From assembly GCF_001194135.2 (NCBI RefSeq), contig NC_068987.1, positions 60,164,922 to 60,200,327 on the forward strand: DNA of 35,406 nt. The letters run 5' to 3'. Shown piece after piece: positions 35,380 through 35,406 of the stretch. Source of the stretch: Octopus bimaculoides (Eukaryota). Under the pieces are notes generated by a model that was given only the letters and a program-made list of their open reading frames with translations, had not been told where the DNA came from and searched no databases. A program made the translations under genes and the position numbers. The first letter of the stretch is position 1. Each line of letters opens with the position of its first letter.

Positions 35380-35406
35380 TATATATATATATATATATAT
35401 ATATAT

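Noticed and set aside
1-35406. CRISPR arrays, rRNA or true tRNA genes
   Set aside because: No repeat-spacer arrays or rRNA were seen. The tRNA-like boxes all belong to SINE heads.

Overview
AT-rich eukaryotic intergenic or intronic DNA with six assembly gaps and many (TA)n/(CA)n/(GA)n microsatellites. The SINE families and repeat landscape look like an octopus genome; this is inferred from recognising the repeats, not from a search. No intact host protein-coding gene could be supported. The window is mostly nested mobile elements: three SINE families, decayed LINEs (R4/Dong-like, RTE-like, CR1/L2-like, possibly L1/Tx1 and I-like) and three Tc1/mariner lineages (two DD34D, one DD41D). The best candidate for something new is a complete 1.8-kb minus-strand retroelement (6104-7911). 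It has a 17-bp target-site duplication, a short 5' UTR, one ~450-codon ORF1/gag-like frame (RRM-like region, CCHC knuckle, acidic/basic tail), a 3' UTR ending in AATAAAAAT, and no ORF2, which is a 'half-L1' (HAL1)-like architecture. It lies inside a ~1.6-kb segment that is duplicated at 15790-17602 and partly at 14045-14325. That segment carries a conserved promoter-like block, and its left copy appears to split one R4-like LINE into two colinear halves. A CR1/L2-like LINE 3' end in the window shares its tail with one of the SINE families. All identities were estimated by eye.
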